The notes under the pieces are model-generated. The model had not been told where the DNA came from. It worked only from the letters and a program-made list of their open reading frames with translations, and searched no databases. Of a stretch of DNA of 64,000 bases, positions 1-9,830 are shown piece after piece (the first letter of the stretch is position 1; every line of letters begins with the position of its first letter). The stretch comes from Bacteroidota bacterium (GTDB lineage: Bacteria > Bacteroidota > Bacteroidia > AKYH767-A > OLB10). Made by a program: the position numbers and the translations under genes. Location: assembly GCA_031366005.1 (NCBI GenBank), contig JANLZB010000038.1:41208-105207 (forward strand). The letters are read 5' to 3'.

Positions 1-112
1 AAATAATTGTGTTGCAAAAAGGAGAAATTGTTGAACGCGGAACACATCACGAATTATTAAACAAAGGCGGTTATTACAAAAAGTTGTATGAGATGCAAAC
101 GTTTGCTTGAAT
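1..112 (+). CDS. ABC transporter ATP-binding/permease protein, C-terminal fragment (5' end lies outside the window)
   Basis: Reading frame from position 2 gives ...[35 protein letters not shown], the typical C-terminal tail of MsbA-type ABC exporter ATPases. Confidence 0.55.
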
Positions 113-161
113 ATCGGTATGACGAGAAAAAAAATGATAACTTTGACATAAAGTATTAAAC

Positions 162-419
162 ATGGATTTGCAATCAAGAAAACTTTCGTTTATCGAAGAA
201 TTTATTCGTTTAACCAACGAGGAGATTATAGAGAAGCTTGAAAAACTTCTAAAACAAGAACGAACAAAAGCTTTTGAGCAATCATTAAAACCTATGACAC
301 ACGAAGAGTTGGAACAAAGGCTTGCAGATGCAGAAGAAGATATTGAGAATGGCAGGGTTTATACAACGGAAGAAGCCAAAGCGCTTACTAAAAAAAGATT
401 TAGTCAACGTAACTTATGA
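162..419 (+). CDS. putative antitoxin (addiction-module component) paired with a ParE/RelE-like toxin
   Basis: 85-aa hydrophilic ORF whose stop overlaps the downstream toxin start in ATGA. The charged helical sequence fits the 'putative addiction module component' antitoxins that pair with ParE toxins in Bacteroidota. Confidence 0.45.
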   Translation: MDLQSRKLSFIEEFIRLTNEEIIEKLEKLLKQERTKAFEQSLKPMTHEELEQRLADAEEDIENGRVYTTEEAKALTKKRFSQRNL

Positions 420-718
420 CAGAAGTTATTTGGACTAACCGTTCTATAAATGATGTTGTAATAAGTGCGCTTTATATTGCTAAAGAATCTATATCTGCAG
501 CAGATAAATTTATTGATAAAATATTTTCCAGCGAAAGAATTTTTTTAGGTGAGGTTAATTTCGAAGGGAGAAAGCATTTCTCTAAGAATAGAGCAGATCT
601 CGATTATCGTTATTATATTGAGGGTAACTATAAAATTATTTATTATAGGAAAATGGAAAAGGTTTTTATCGTTACAGTTTTTGAAACACGACAGGATCCG
701 GATAAATTAAACCTGTAA
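416..718 (+). CDS. type II toxin, ParE/RelE superfamily (plasmid stabilisation system protein)
   Basis: 100 aa. The C-terminal motif KIIYYRKMEKVFIVTVFETRQD matches the RelE/ParE signature (YR...V.I.R..H.RQD). Four-base overlap with the upstream small ORF. Confidence 0.6.
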   Translation: MTEVIWTNRSINDVVISALYIAKESISAADKFIDKIFSSERIFLGEVNFEGRKHFSKNRADLDYRYYIEGNYKIIYYRKMEKVFIVTVFETRQDPDKLNL

Positions 719-726
719 ACACAATA

Positions 727-1641
727 ATGAAAACACAAATATTATCCCGATACGATGTAAGCATCAGCCCTGCTGTTGATCAGGTGAATGTGGAAGAACG
801 CATTGCAAGGTTTACTAAACGAAGCATTAAAACCGAATCAAAAGGTTTTGCATTGCGGCTTGCATTAAGCATGATGGATTTAACCACACTGGAAGCACGT
901 GATACTCCCGGAAAAGTGCGCCAGCTATGTGTGAAAGCAATGCATCCGCATGATGCCATGCCTGACCTTCCTTCGGCTGCAGCGGTTTGTGTGTATCCTA
1001 ATTTAGTGCGTGTGGCTAAAGAATCATTGCAAGGAAGCAAAGTAAAAGTAGCAGCAGTAGCTACTGCTTTTCCAAGTGGAATGAGTACACGCAAAGTAAA
1101 AATTGAAGAAACAAAATTTGCTGTTAACGAAGGTGCCGATGAAATTGATATGGTGATTTCTCGCGGACATTTTTTAGCCGGTGAATACAATTATGTGTTT
1201 GATGAAATTGCAGCAGTGAAAGAAGCTTGTGGAGAAGCACATCTGAAAGTAATTTTAGAAACCGGAGAATTAAGCACACTTGATAATGTGCGCAAAGCAA
1301 GTGATCTTGCGATGTATGCCGGTGCTGATTTTATTAAAACATCCACAGGAAAAGTGCAGCCTGCTACAACCTTGCCTGTAACGTTAGTAATGTTTGAAGC
1401 CATCCGTGATTTTTATTACCGCGAAGGAAAAATGATCGGCATGAAACCAGCCGGAGGAATTGCTACTGCAAAACTCGCATTACAATATCTTGTAGTGCTG
1501 CGCGAAACTTTAGGCGAAGCATGGATGAATAATAATTACTTCCGTTTTGGCGCAAGCTCACTTGCCAATGATCTATTAATGCAAATTGTAAAACTGGAAA
1601 CAGGAGTTTATCAAAGCATTGATTATTTTTCTAAGGATTAA
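727..1641 (+). CDS. deoC: deoxyribose-phosphate aldolase (long form)
   Basis: 304 aa with a DeoC-type TIM-barrel signature. The Schiff-base lysine motif is FIKTSTGK. The N-terminal region MMDLTTLEARDTPGKV and AAVCVYP are typical of DeoC. Confidence 0.8.
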   Translation: MKTQILSRYDVSISPAVDQVNVEERIARFTKRSIKTESKGFALRLALSMMDLTTLEARDTPGKVRQLCVKAMHPHDAMPDLPSAAAVCVYPNLVRVAKESLQGSKVKVAAVATAFPSGMSTRKVKIEETKFAVNEGADEIDMVISRGHFLAGEYNYVFDEIAAVKEACGEAHLKVILETGELSTLDNVRKASDLAMYAGADFIKTSTGKVQPATTLPVTLVMFEAIRDFYYREGKMIGMKPAGGIATAKLALQYLVVLRETLGEAWMNNNYFRFGASSLANDLLMQIVKLETGVYQSIDYFSKD

Positions 1642-1696
1642 TGGTTAAATTGTGTCGTCCTGAAAAATCGATACAGATTTATTAGACAAAAATTGA

Positions 1697-2158
1697 TTAA
1701 TAGGGAATTTTCTCAAGCGAAACCAAGTGATGAAGGTGGTGTAATAGATGCTTGTTATAATATTCTGCCAACCATTTGATAGTATGAATCTCGGGTTGAT
1801 CTTTTCCAGAGTTGCACATTTTTTCCTTTGATTCAGCAGGCAATGCATCGAGCACAAAACAAATTTGCTTATTTAGCAAAGTCCATAGTGTGATAAGTTC
1901 ATCGGAAGATTGTTCCTGGTAGTTAGCTGCTTTATTCCAGAAGTTTTGATCATAAACAATTTTTGGTTGATGCTCATATTGAGCAACAATAAACCTGCGA
2001 AGGTTATTATGTGCTGAGTCAATTAAATGTCCAAGCTCTTCTTTTTTACTCCATGTGTCAGGGTGAGGTTTTTCTGAAAAATCTTTTTCACTTACTTGGT
2101 TAAGCTGTTCTCTATAGGAGCTGATTATTTGTTGAAGTTGATGAATAATTTTTTTCAT
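1697..2158 (-). CDS. DinB-family (DinB_2/YfiT-like) metal-dependent protein
   Basis: 153 aa with the His-rich motifs HLIDSAHNN and HHLHHL characteristic of the DinB/YfiT four-helix-bundle family. Confidence 0.6.
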   Translation of the reverse strand: MKKIIHQLQQIISSYREQLNQVSEKDFSEKPHPDTWSKKEELGHLIDSAHNNLRRFIVAQYEHQPKIVYDQNFWNKAANYQEQSSDELITLWTLLNKQICFVLDALPAESKEKMCNSGKDQPEIHTIKWLAEYYNKHLLHHLHHLVSLEKIPY

Positions 2159-2212
2159 CTCTTATTATTTGTAGTATAAAAATATTTAAAGAATGAATAT
2201 TTATTTAATATT

Positions 2213-3547
2213 TTAAAACCATAGTTGTGTAATTAAAAAATAAATGTCATAAATACTTAATGAGACAATGAGGCAAATAATAAGTAATGCTGTATTGCAG
2301 ATAAGTTTTGATTTCAGCATAATAAACCCTTGCATAAAAAATTTTATAAATGAGGGCAATGCAGGAAAAATAAAAATGGATTTCATTATGCTGAAATCGC
2401 GGTAACTGTATGAATATTTTATCATGAACAATAAAAAACCTGCTGCAAAAACAAGGTGAATCCAGTCATATTGAGCAGTAATTTTCTCTTTAAAGAAATC
2501 TCTTATAGTTTTCAGCATGCCTGCAATAAAAAGTATTAAGGGCACAATTCCTAAAACAATTAACCACCGGCCGGCATTTAATAAATTTGGATCCATACTT
2601 TTCCAGCTATCGGGGTGCTGATCAAAATGCATGAACATGGTTCTTCCATATAACTGTGACCATAATGAAGTGCGATGCAACTGATAATTATCAATGGTGC
2701 TCACAATAAATGGTTCCCTGATCATATCGAAATAGCGAAACGTGAAGTATCCATCAACAACAGAAGTAATTCCTGGTCTTCCTGCATAAGTGTGATTGAA
2801 AAATGGTGGTGGAGGATCTTTGCGCAATACCAGCACAAAAGGAGTTCCGTATTTAATATAGTTATGAATGTAACCGGCACCAACAGGTATGATTGCAATA
2901 AAACTTATTACCAGTATTGTTAAAATTTTTATGTAAAGTTTTCTTTCTTCAAAGTGAGAAGCCAATAGTTTTATTGAAAAAATTATAGCGAGTGAAGCAA
3001 TCAAAATAAGCCCCGATCCTTTAATGAGACAGGCAATTATCACAAATACACACAACAAAATTCCCAGCCGAAATTTCTTCTCACTGAAAAACCTGTCTGC
3101 AAAATAAATGGTGAGAATGCCTGCTAATATTTCAGGAGTATCATTGGTAGCTTGAATATTAATTCCCGTAAGGCATGGATTAAAAGCAAGAAATGCAAAG
3201 GCTGCAATTTTAATTTTTTCTGAAAACGGTTGCCTCGCAATAAATTTCCATAGATAAAAAAGTATAAAAAAACTCAAAACAAAATTGAACATTTGCATAC
3301 AGAGAATGCTGTCCATCCGGTTATCAATACCCAGCATCTGAATAATTCCTGCATTGATGATATAATAAAGTTTTGGCTGAAAGCACTCCCAGCAATTATC
3401 CTTATCCGGCAGCGCATTGTGATTAATAATCCACTCAACCACTTCTACATGAGGGTCGTTTGCTTCATAATTAAGGAGAGATAAAATAAAACGCAGGCTG
3501 AGGGAAAGGATAAAAATGGAAAGGATTAATATTCTATTTCGCGACAT
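2213..3547 (-). CDS. polytopic integral membrane protein, possibly a GT-C-fold (ArnT/PMT-like) glycosyltransferase
   Basis: 444 aa with more than 10 predicted transmembrane segments and a loop carrying acidic residues after TM1. The family assignment is tentative. Confidence 0.3.
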   Translation of the reverse strand: MSRNRILILSIFILSLSLRFILSLLNYEANDPHVEVVEWIINHNALPDKDNCWECFQPKLYYIINAGIIQMLGIDNRMDSILCMQMFNFVLSFFILFYLWKFIARQPFSEKIKIAAFAFLAFNPCLTGINIQATNDTPEILAGILTIYFADRFFSEKKFRLGILLCVFVIIACLIKGSGLILIASLAIIFSIKLLASHFEERKLYIKILTILVISFIAIIPVGAGYIHNYIKYGTPFVLVLRKDPPPPFFNHTYAGRPGITSVVDGYFTFRYFDMIREPFIVSTIDNYQLHRTSLWSQLYGRTMFMHFDQHPDSWKSMDPNLLNAGRWLIVLGIVPLILFIAGMLKTIRDFFKEKITAQYDWIHLVFAAGFLLFMIKYSYSYRDFSIMKSIFIFPALPSFIKFFMQGFIMLKSKLICNTALLIICLIVSLSIYDIYFLITQLWF

Positions 3548-3697
3548 ATGCGCAAAAGTAAATTCTATGAAGGATTAAGAATAGAATTTCAACCCCATAC
3601 GTCTGCAGAAAATGGTAGAATATTACTACTCCTCACTATATTTGTCGAACAACATACTATTTTAGTGAGTATAAAGTTATTATATTTTATTTAGCAA

Positions 3698-6382
3698 ATG
3701 ACCTTAAAACGGATATCATATCTTGCATCTATTGTGCTGTTATGCACTCTATCGGCATGCAAAACGCACAAGAATAATTTCTTAAGCAGGGGTTATCACG
3801 GCACCACTACGCATTATAATTATTACTTCAATGCGCGTGAAAGAATGAGACAGGGAGCGCAGGCATTAGCTGATGCGCATGAAGATAAATATGACCGTGT
3901 GCTGAGTGTGTTTAAGTATGGTGATGTAGCAAAGGCCAAGTCCATTTATCCTGACATGGATGAAGCAATTAAAAAAGCTTCCGTTGCCATTCAACGCCAT
4001 TCGATTTATGCGAAATCAAGACACGATAATAAGCTTGCTGAACGAAACAAATGGATTGAGGATTGTTACCTGGTGATTGGTCAGGCGCAGTTTTACAAGC
4101 ATGATTTCTGGACTGCCATTGAGACTTTTCAATATACTTCTGCCGAATATAAAAATGGTCATATCCGTGATGATGCCTTACTGTGGTTAATCAAATCTTA
4201 TCTTGAATTGGGTAAAACAGTAGATGCTGAATACCTGCTTGATTTTTTAAAGAATGATAAAGAATTTCCATTGCGTATTAAAGGGGATTATGCTGCCACG
4301 TATGCAAATTATTATCTTCAAAAAAATCAGATTCCGGAAGCAATGGAACAACTGAAAACTGCTGCTGCCAACACCAGGAAAAAAGATACAAGAGCCCGTT
4401 ATTATTTTATTCTTGGTCAGTTGCAGCAACGGCAGGATAGCCTGCAGCAAGCGTTTGCTTCTTACAGTAAAGTAATCCGGTTAAACCCTCCTTATGAAAT
4501 GGCATTTAATGCGCGCATAAACCGTGCACGTTGTTTTGATGTTACCAGTGAGAAGGGAGAGCTTGTAAAAAAAGAATTGCTAAAAATGCTGAAGGATGAA
4601 AAGAATAAAGAATATTTAGATCAGGTTTATTATGCTTTGGCAGGAATAGCGCAGCAGGAGAAAAAAGAAGATCAGGCTTTGGATTATCTTAATAAATCAG
4701 TTCGTGTAAGCTCCGGAAATACAACGCAAAAAGCAATCAGTTATAAAAGCATGGGTGATATTTATTATCAGCGTCCTGAATACATTCCTGCTGCTGCTTA
4801 TTATGATAGTGCTGTTACATCACTCACTATTGACTATCCTGATTATTATGATATACTGGAGAGAAAAAACAGTCTTGACCGGTTGGTTAAAAATCTCAAG
4901 ATTATTTTGATGGAAGATAGTATTCAGAACCTTTCGAAGATGAGTGCCGCTGAGCGCGAAGCAAGTATTGATAAAGTAATCAATCTCGAAACAGCGGAAC
5001 AGGAACGACTGAAAAAAGAAAAAGAAGATCAGCAACGTATAGAAGAGCAACAAGTGTTGGAAGAGAAGCAATTAAAAACCCAGCCGAGAAATTACCAGCA
5101 AAACCAAACTGGTGCCTGGTATTTTTATAATCCCACCACGCTAAATTTTGGTATCAATGAGTTTTTAAAAAAATGGGGATTGAGAAAACTGGAGGACAAC
5201 TGGCGCAGAAGTGACAAAGAGCTTGTTGCAGAAGCAGGCAGTGAAGAAGGTGAAACATCTATTGACTCATTGGTAGAATCACAGGCAGCACTCAACGATT
5301 CATTATCAAAACTTGGAGCAAAAGAAAGAAAGGAAGCATATCTTAAATTGATTCCATCCACTTCTGCTCAACTTAAAGAATCAAATGCAAAGCTTACAGA
5401 AGCTTATTACAATGTGGCAATAATTTATAAAGAACAGCTGGCGAATTATCCGCAATCCGTTTATCATTTTGAAAAACTGGATGAGCGCTTTCCGCAGAAT
5501 AAATATAAACAACCATCTTATTATAATCTTTACCGATTATATTTAGCAATGCACGATACGGCTAAAGCCGATGTTTACAAAAATTATCTGCTTACCAACT
5601 ATCCTGAGAGTGAATACAGCAAGCTTATTTTAAATCCTAATTTCTTTGCTGAAATAAAAAAGAAAACAGCAGTGCTCCAGGTCTTTTATGAAAATACATA
5701 CAGGGCTTATATCAATGGGCAGTATTCAGATGTGATAGAGCGGAAAACACTGGCAGACACTTTATTCCCAAAAAACAACATTCTTGCAGGCAAGTTTGCT
5801 TTATTAAAAGCTTTGGCAATTGGCAGAACTCAGCCTATCTCTTCCTTCGAAGTCGCGTTGGAGGATGTTGTGCGTGTTTATCCTAAAGACTCAGTGAGTA
5901 TTCGTGCGCAGCAAATTCTTGATTACATTCATAATCAAAACAAACAGGCACAGCAAAACCCCGGTGACAGCACGGTGCAAAAACAGCAGCTTAACCAGGT
6001 TATTGATTCCGCGGTGTTTACTTATGCGCCCGAATCTCCTCAGCTTTTTCTTATCCTGGTAAAAATTAACTCTACTGATCTTCCTGCTTTAAAGGGAAAG
6101 ATCACTTCATTCAACAATATGAATTATGTAGGTGAAAAAATGGATTTGCAAAGTGGCAACCTCGATTTAAACTATCAGTATATAACTGTAACAGGTTTAA
6201 AGAACAAGGAAGATGCGATGTCCTATTATGATTCTATTTCATCTGACGAAACTATTTCCGCTGAGTTAGAAACAGGCGAGCCAATGTTTTTTGTAATCTC
6301 CCAGGAGAATCTTACACAGCTTGCCCGCACGCATGATATAGAAAAGTATTCAGAATTTTTTCAGCAAAAATATACGCAGTAG
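3698..6382 (+). CDS. TPR-repeat lipoprotein with a central coiled-coil; possible SprE/PorW-like T9SS/gliding lipoprotein
   Basis: 894 aa. The signal peptide ends in the lipobox LSAC. The N-terminal half has TPR-like helical repeats. The middle has a charged coiled-coil (KKEKEDQQRIEEQQVLEEKQLK). The SprE/PorW identity is an inference from architecture only. Confidence 0.55.
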   Translation: MTLKRISYLASIVLLCTLSACKTHKNNFLSRGYHGTTTHYNYYFNARERMRQGAQALADAHEDKYDRVLSVFKYGDVAKAKSIYPDMDEAIKKASVAIQRHSIYAKSRHDNKLAERNKWIEDCYLVIGQAQFYKHDFWTAIETFQYTSAEYKNGHIRDDALLWLIKSYLELGKTVDAEYLLDFLKNDKEFPLRIKGDYAATYANYYLQKNQIPEAMEQLKTAAANTRKKDTRARYYFILGQLQQRQDSLQQAFASYSKVIRLNPPYEMAFNARINRARCFDVTSEKGELVKKELLKMLKDEKNKEYLDQVYYALAGIAQQEKKEDQALDYLNKSVRVSSGNTTQKAISYKSMGDIYYQRPEYIPAAAYYDSAVTSLTIDYPDYYDILERKNSLDRLVKNLKIILMEDSIQNLSKMSAAEREASIDKVINLETAEQERLKKEKEDQQRIEEQQVLEEKQLKTQPRNYQQNQTGAWYFYNPTTLNFGINEFLKKWGLRKLEDNWRRSDKELVAEAGSEEGETSIDSLVESQAALNDSLSKLGAKERKEAYLKLIPSTSAQLKESNAKLTEAYYNVAIIYKEQLANYPQSVYHFEKLDERFPQNKYKQPSYYNLYRLYLAMHDTAKADVYKNYLLTNYPESEYSKLILNPNFFAEIKKKTAVLQVFYENTYRAYINGQYSDVIERKTLADTLFPKNNILAGKFALLKALAIGRTQPISSFEVALEDVVRVYPKDSVSIRAQQILDYIHNQNKQAQQNPGDSTVQKQQLNQVIDSAVFTYAPESPQLFLILVKINSTDLPALKGKITSFNNMNYVGEKMDLQSGNLDLNYQYITVTGLKNKEDAMSYYDSISSDETISAELETGEPMFFVISQENLTQLARTHDIEKYSEFFQQKYTQ

Positions 6383-6398
6383 TTCCTTAATTTTTTTC

Positions 6399-7268
6399 AT
6401 GAGCCTCTCTAATATATTTCTGCAACCTTATCCGTTGTGGGATAACAATTGGCGTAAGTCTTACACCATTACAGGTATTTCAATATTCGTTTTTTTATTT
6501 CTTTTCGTCTTTCGTCCCTTTGGACTTATTCAGTTAGAAATCCCTTCTGAAGCCAATGTTTTAATTGGATATGTATTGGTGAGTTTGCTGATAATTTTAT
6601 TACTCCAGTTTGTTTTGCCATTTTTTATTTCTTCTGTTTTTAATGAGGATCACTGGAAAGTTTACAAAGAGATTCTTTACGCACTTATTATTGTTTTGTG
6701 TAATGGAATTGGCATAATGATATATTCAGCAGCGCTTGGTTTATTTCCGGTAACCCTAAGTTCATTCACCTGGTTTGAAATAGTTACAATGCTGGTTGCC
6801 CTCTTTCCAATTACATTAATTGTTTTATTGAAACAAAATTATCTGTTTAGAAAAAATGTTAAAGAAGGATTTGCACTCACAGAAAAACTTTATCATAAAA
6901 CACGTATTTCTCCATTTGAGCAAACCCTCGTACATTTAACTTCAGAACAACAGAATGATAATTTAACAGTGGAAGCTGCTGATATTTATTACATATCCGG
7001 TGCTGACAATTATATTGAAGTACATATAAAACAAAATAATCTGCTGAAAAAAATTTTTCTTCGTAGCACACTAAAAAATGCGCAGAATACCCTGAAACGT
7101 TTCTCCAATTTTTACCGTTGTCACCGTACCTATATTGTTAATCTTGATAAAGTAGAATCAGTTACCGGTAATTCGCAGGGATACAAATTGGTTTTAGCTG
7201 ATACCGAAAAGTCTATCCCCGTTTCGCGAACACTTACAAGAGAAGTTACGCAGCGGTTGAGTATTTGA
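6399..7268 (+). CDS. membrane-anchored LytTR-family DNA-binding regulator
   Basis: 289 aa. The N-terminal ~150 aa hold 4-5 transmembrane helices. The C-terminal LytTR domain reads DIYYISGADNYIEVHIKQNNLLKKIFLRSTLKNAQNTL...FYRCHRTYIVNLDKVESV. Confidence 0.7.
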   Translation: MSLSNIFLQPYPLWDNNWRKSYTITGISIFVFLFLFVFRPFGLIQLEIPSEANVLIGYVLVSLLIILLLQFVLPFFISSVFNEDHWKVYKEILYALIIVLCNGIGIMIYSAALGLFPVTLSSFTWFEIVTMLVALFPITLIVLLKQNYLFRKNVKEGFALTEKLYHKTRISPFEQTLVHLTSEQQNDNLTVEAADIYYISGADNYIEVHIKQNNLLKKIFLRSTLKNAQNTLKRFSNFYRCHRTYIVNLDKVESVTGNSQGYKLVLADTEKSIPVSRTLTREVTQRLSI

Positions 7269-7271
7269 AAT

Positions 7272-7850
7272 TCAGGTTGAAAATTCTTTTTGTATTAATT
7301 CTTCAATCACTTTTGGGAAATATTCCATTTCCAATTTATGGATTTTTTCAGCGACAAGTGCTGGTGAGTCGGTTGGATTAATACTTGTCTTTATTTGTTG
7401 AACAATATCTCCCTTATCATAATGTTCATTCACATGATGGATCGTAATTCCTGTTTCTGTTTCTCCTGCGTTGCAAACAGCTTCATGCACTTTCATTCCA
7501 TACATTCCTTTACCACCATATTTTGGTAACAGTGCAGGATGGATATTGATGATTTTATTTTTATACGCATTAATAATTTCTACATGCATGAGCTTTAAAT
7601 AACCAGCTAACACGATAAATTGAATTTGATAAGATTGTAGAATTTCTAAAAGTTTCGTTGGTGCCTGAAGTAATTCTTTTGAAAGATACACTGATGGAAT
7701 ATAATGCTTTTCTGCAACAATAAAAACTCCTGCTTCTTTGCGAGCTGATAGAATACAACCCACTTTAATCGAAGGATGATTATTAAAGTAAGTACAAATA
7801 TTATCAGCATTGCTGCCTTTGCCCGAAGCAAAAATGGCGATGTTAAACAT
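7272..7850 (-). CDS. purN: phosphoribosylglycinamide formyltransferase
   Basis: 192 aa. The N-terminal MFNIAIFASGKGSNADNI and the ...IINIHPALLPKYGG... motif are typical of the PurN formyltransferase fold. Confidence 0.85.
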   Translation of the reverse strand: MFNIAIFASGKGSNADNICTYFNNHPSIKVGCILSARKEAGVFIVAEKHYIPSVYLSKELLQAPTKLLEILQSYQIQFIVLAGYLKLMHVEIINAYKNKIINIHPALLPKYGGKGMYGMKVHEAVCNAGETETGITIHHVNEHYDKGDIVQQIKTSINPTDSPALVAEKIHKLEMEYFPKVIEELIQKEFST

Positions 7851-7856
7851 ACATTA

Positions 7857-8300
7857 TCACCGCATTAAAAAATTATCTCGGCCTGAACGCGGAGGATGTT
7901 TTTGCCAGTCAGTATTAATTACATCGCTTATCATTTTTTTTAGCTTCACAAATTCTGTTGGCTTTTTAATGTAAATGTTTGCACCATAACGAAAGGAGGC
8001 ATCAACATCTTTATCGACACCTGAAGTGGAATAGATCACTATGGGAATATCCTTAAACTTTTTATTGCCACGGATTTTTTCAAGACATTCAGTACCTGTT
8101 TTTCCCGGCATATTCATATCCAAAAAAATTACATCCGGTAAATTCGAATCATGATTGTGCAGATACTCCCAGAGGTCATCACCATTAAAAACAATGTGCA
8201 ATTGAATATCTGGCCTTATTTCTTTTACGGCATCCTTAAAGAAAAAGCAATCATCTTCATCATCATCAGCAAGTAGTATATGCATTTGCTTCTCAGCCAT
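7857..8300 (-). CDS. single-domain response regulator (CheY-like receiver)
   Basis: 147 aa. The receiver motif ILLADDDEDD, the phospho-acceptor context FLDMNMPGKTG and a lysine in KKP are present. It lies 6 bp upstream of purN on the same strand. Confidence 0.8.
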   Translation of the reverse strand: MAEKQMHILLADDDEDDCFFFKDAVKEIRPDIQLHIVFNGDDLWEYLHNHDSNLPDVIFLDMNMPGKTGTECLEKIRGNKKFKDIPIVIYSTSGVDKDVDASFRYGANIYIKKPTEFVKLKKMISDVINTDWQKHPPRSGRDNFLMR

Positions 8301-8449
8301 AACAGTAGCATTTTGAGCTTGTAAATTTAATTAAATAAATTCTTTTGCTGCTGTATCTTTGAACTCTGTTATGGTTTACAGGTTACAAGTTTTGGATAAG
8401 TTGCACCCGCTGAAAACTTTAGACCTTAAACCCTTAAACTCATTTTCTT

Positions 8450-9796
8450 TTGGCTGAAAGTTTTAAAATATTTGTTGTTGAAGATGATGCATGGTATGCT
8501 GAGCTTTTGGTTTATCATCTTTCACTTAATCCCGATTACGAGGTAATTAAATTTTCTACTGCACGTGAGTGCCTGGCTCAATTGCACCGTCAACCGTGTG
8601 TAATAACACTCGATTATACCCTGCCTGATATGAATGGGGCTGAGGTATTAAAAAAAATACTGGAGTTTAATCCTAACATACAGGTCATAATTATCAGTGC
8701 GCAGGAAAATATAAATACCGCCATCGACCTTCTTAAAAAAGGTGCTTATGATTATATTGTTAAAGATGATGATGCACGCAACCGTTTATGGAACACAGTA
8801 AATAATATCCGTAAAAATTTATTGCTCAAAGAAGAGGTTGAACAATTGCGCGAAGAGATTGGTCAGCGTTATGACTTCAGTAAAGCCATCATCGGTAACA
8901 GTGATGTAATGAAACGCGTTTTTGTAATGATGGATAAAGCTGCGCGTACTAATATTACGGTTAGTCTTTCAGGAGAAACAGGTACCGGCAAGGAGCTTGT
9001 TGCAAAAGCTATTCATTATAATTCTGCCAGAAGTCATAAAGCTTTTTTACCTGTTAATGTTGCTTCTATACCAAGTGATTTAATTGAGAGTGAACTTTTC
9101 GGTCATGAAAAGGGTGCCTTTACCGGGGCAATTGCTCGCAGAAAGGGAAAGTTTGAAGAAGCACATGGTGGCACTTTGTTTCTGGATGAGATAGCAGAAC
9201 TTGATATAAGCCTGCAATCGAAACTACTGCGTGTATTGCAGGAAAAAGAAATTACACGTGTGGGCAGCAACCAGGCAGTGCCGGTGGATGTACGCATCAT
9301 TGTGGCAACACATAAAAACTTAACCGAAGAAACGAGGAAAGGAAATTTCAGAGAAGACTTATATTATCGATTATTGGGATTACCAATTCATCTCCCCTCG
9401 CTTCGCGAACGTAACAGCGATATACTATTAATTGCCAAACACCTCATTGATGAGTTTTGCAAAGAGAATAAAATGAAACGCAAAACACTTTCCACTGCAT
9501 CACAAAAAAAATTACTTGGGTATACCTTTCCGGGAAATGTGAGAGAATTAAAAGCAATTGTAGAGCTGGCTGTTGTAATGAGTGATGAGGATATTATTCA
9601 ACCCGATGCAATTACATTTACACTTTCCACTTCCGTTGCTGATTTGCTCAAAGAAGAATTAACGCTTGATAATTATATCGGAAGAATAATCAGGCATTAC
9701 CTTAGCAAGTATGATAATAATGTTTTGAAAGTGGCGGCTAAACTCAAGGTAGGGAAGTCAACAATTTATCGTTTAATAAAAGAAGGAAAAGTTTAA
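8450..9796 (+). CDS. sigma-54-dependent response regulator (NtrC family enhancer-binding protein)
   Basis: 448 aa with an N-terminal receiver (FVVEDD..DYTLPDMNG). The AAA+ sigma-54 interaction domain has the Walker A GETGTGKE and the GAFTGA loop (HEKGAFTGA). A C-terminal Fis-type HTH is present. Confidence 0.85.
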   Translation: MAESFKIFVVEDDAWYAELLVYHLSLNPDYEVIKFSTARECLAQLHRQPCVITLDYTLPDMNGAEVLKKILEFNPNIQVIIISAQENINTAIDLLKKGAYDYIVKDDDARNRLWNTVNNIRKNLLLKEEVEQLREEIGQRYDFSKAIIGNSDVMKRVFVMMDKAARTNITVSLSGETGTGKELVAKAIHYNSARSHKAFLPVNVASIPSDLIESELFGHEKGAFTGAIARRKGKFEEAHGGTLFLDEIAELDISLQSKLLRVLQEKEITRVGSNQAVPVDVRIIVATHKNLTEETRKGNFREDLYYRLLGLPIHLPSLRERNSDILLIAKHLIDEFCKENKMKRKTLSTASQKKLLGYTFPGNVRELKAIVELAVVMSDEDIIQPDAITFTLSTSVADLLKEELTLDNYIGRIIRHYLSKYDNNVLKVAAKLKVGKSTIYRLIKEGKV

Positions 9797-9830
9797 ACCT
9801 TTTTTCAAATAATAATAATATTTTGTCATA

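Noticed and set aside
780-1403. Antisense ORFs (136 aa and 70 aa) inside deoC
   Set aside because: They sit on the opposite strand, entirely within a well-supported gene. They have low-complexity Ser/Ala composition and no domain, so they are shadow ORFs.
8301-8449. Sigma-54 promoter-like strings (TGGATAAGTTGCA here; TGGCAAGATATCTCGCA at ~53065; TGGCACTGCTGTTCG at ~45703)
   Set aside because: The GG-to-GC spacing is wrong (7 or 11 nt instead of 10). One candidate is inside a CDS. None matches TGGCAC-N5-TTGC well enough to call.
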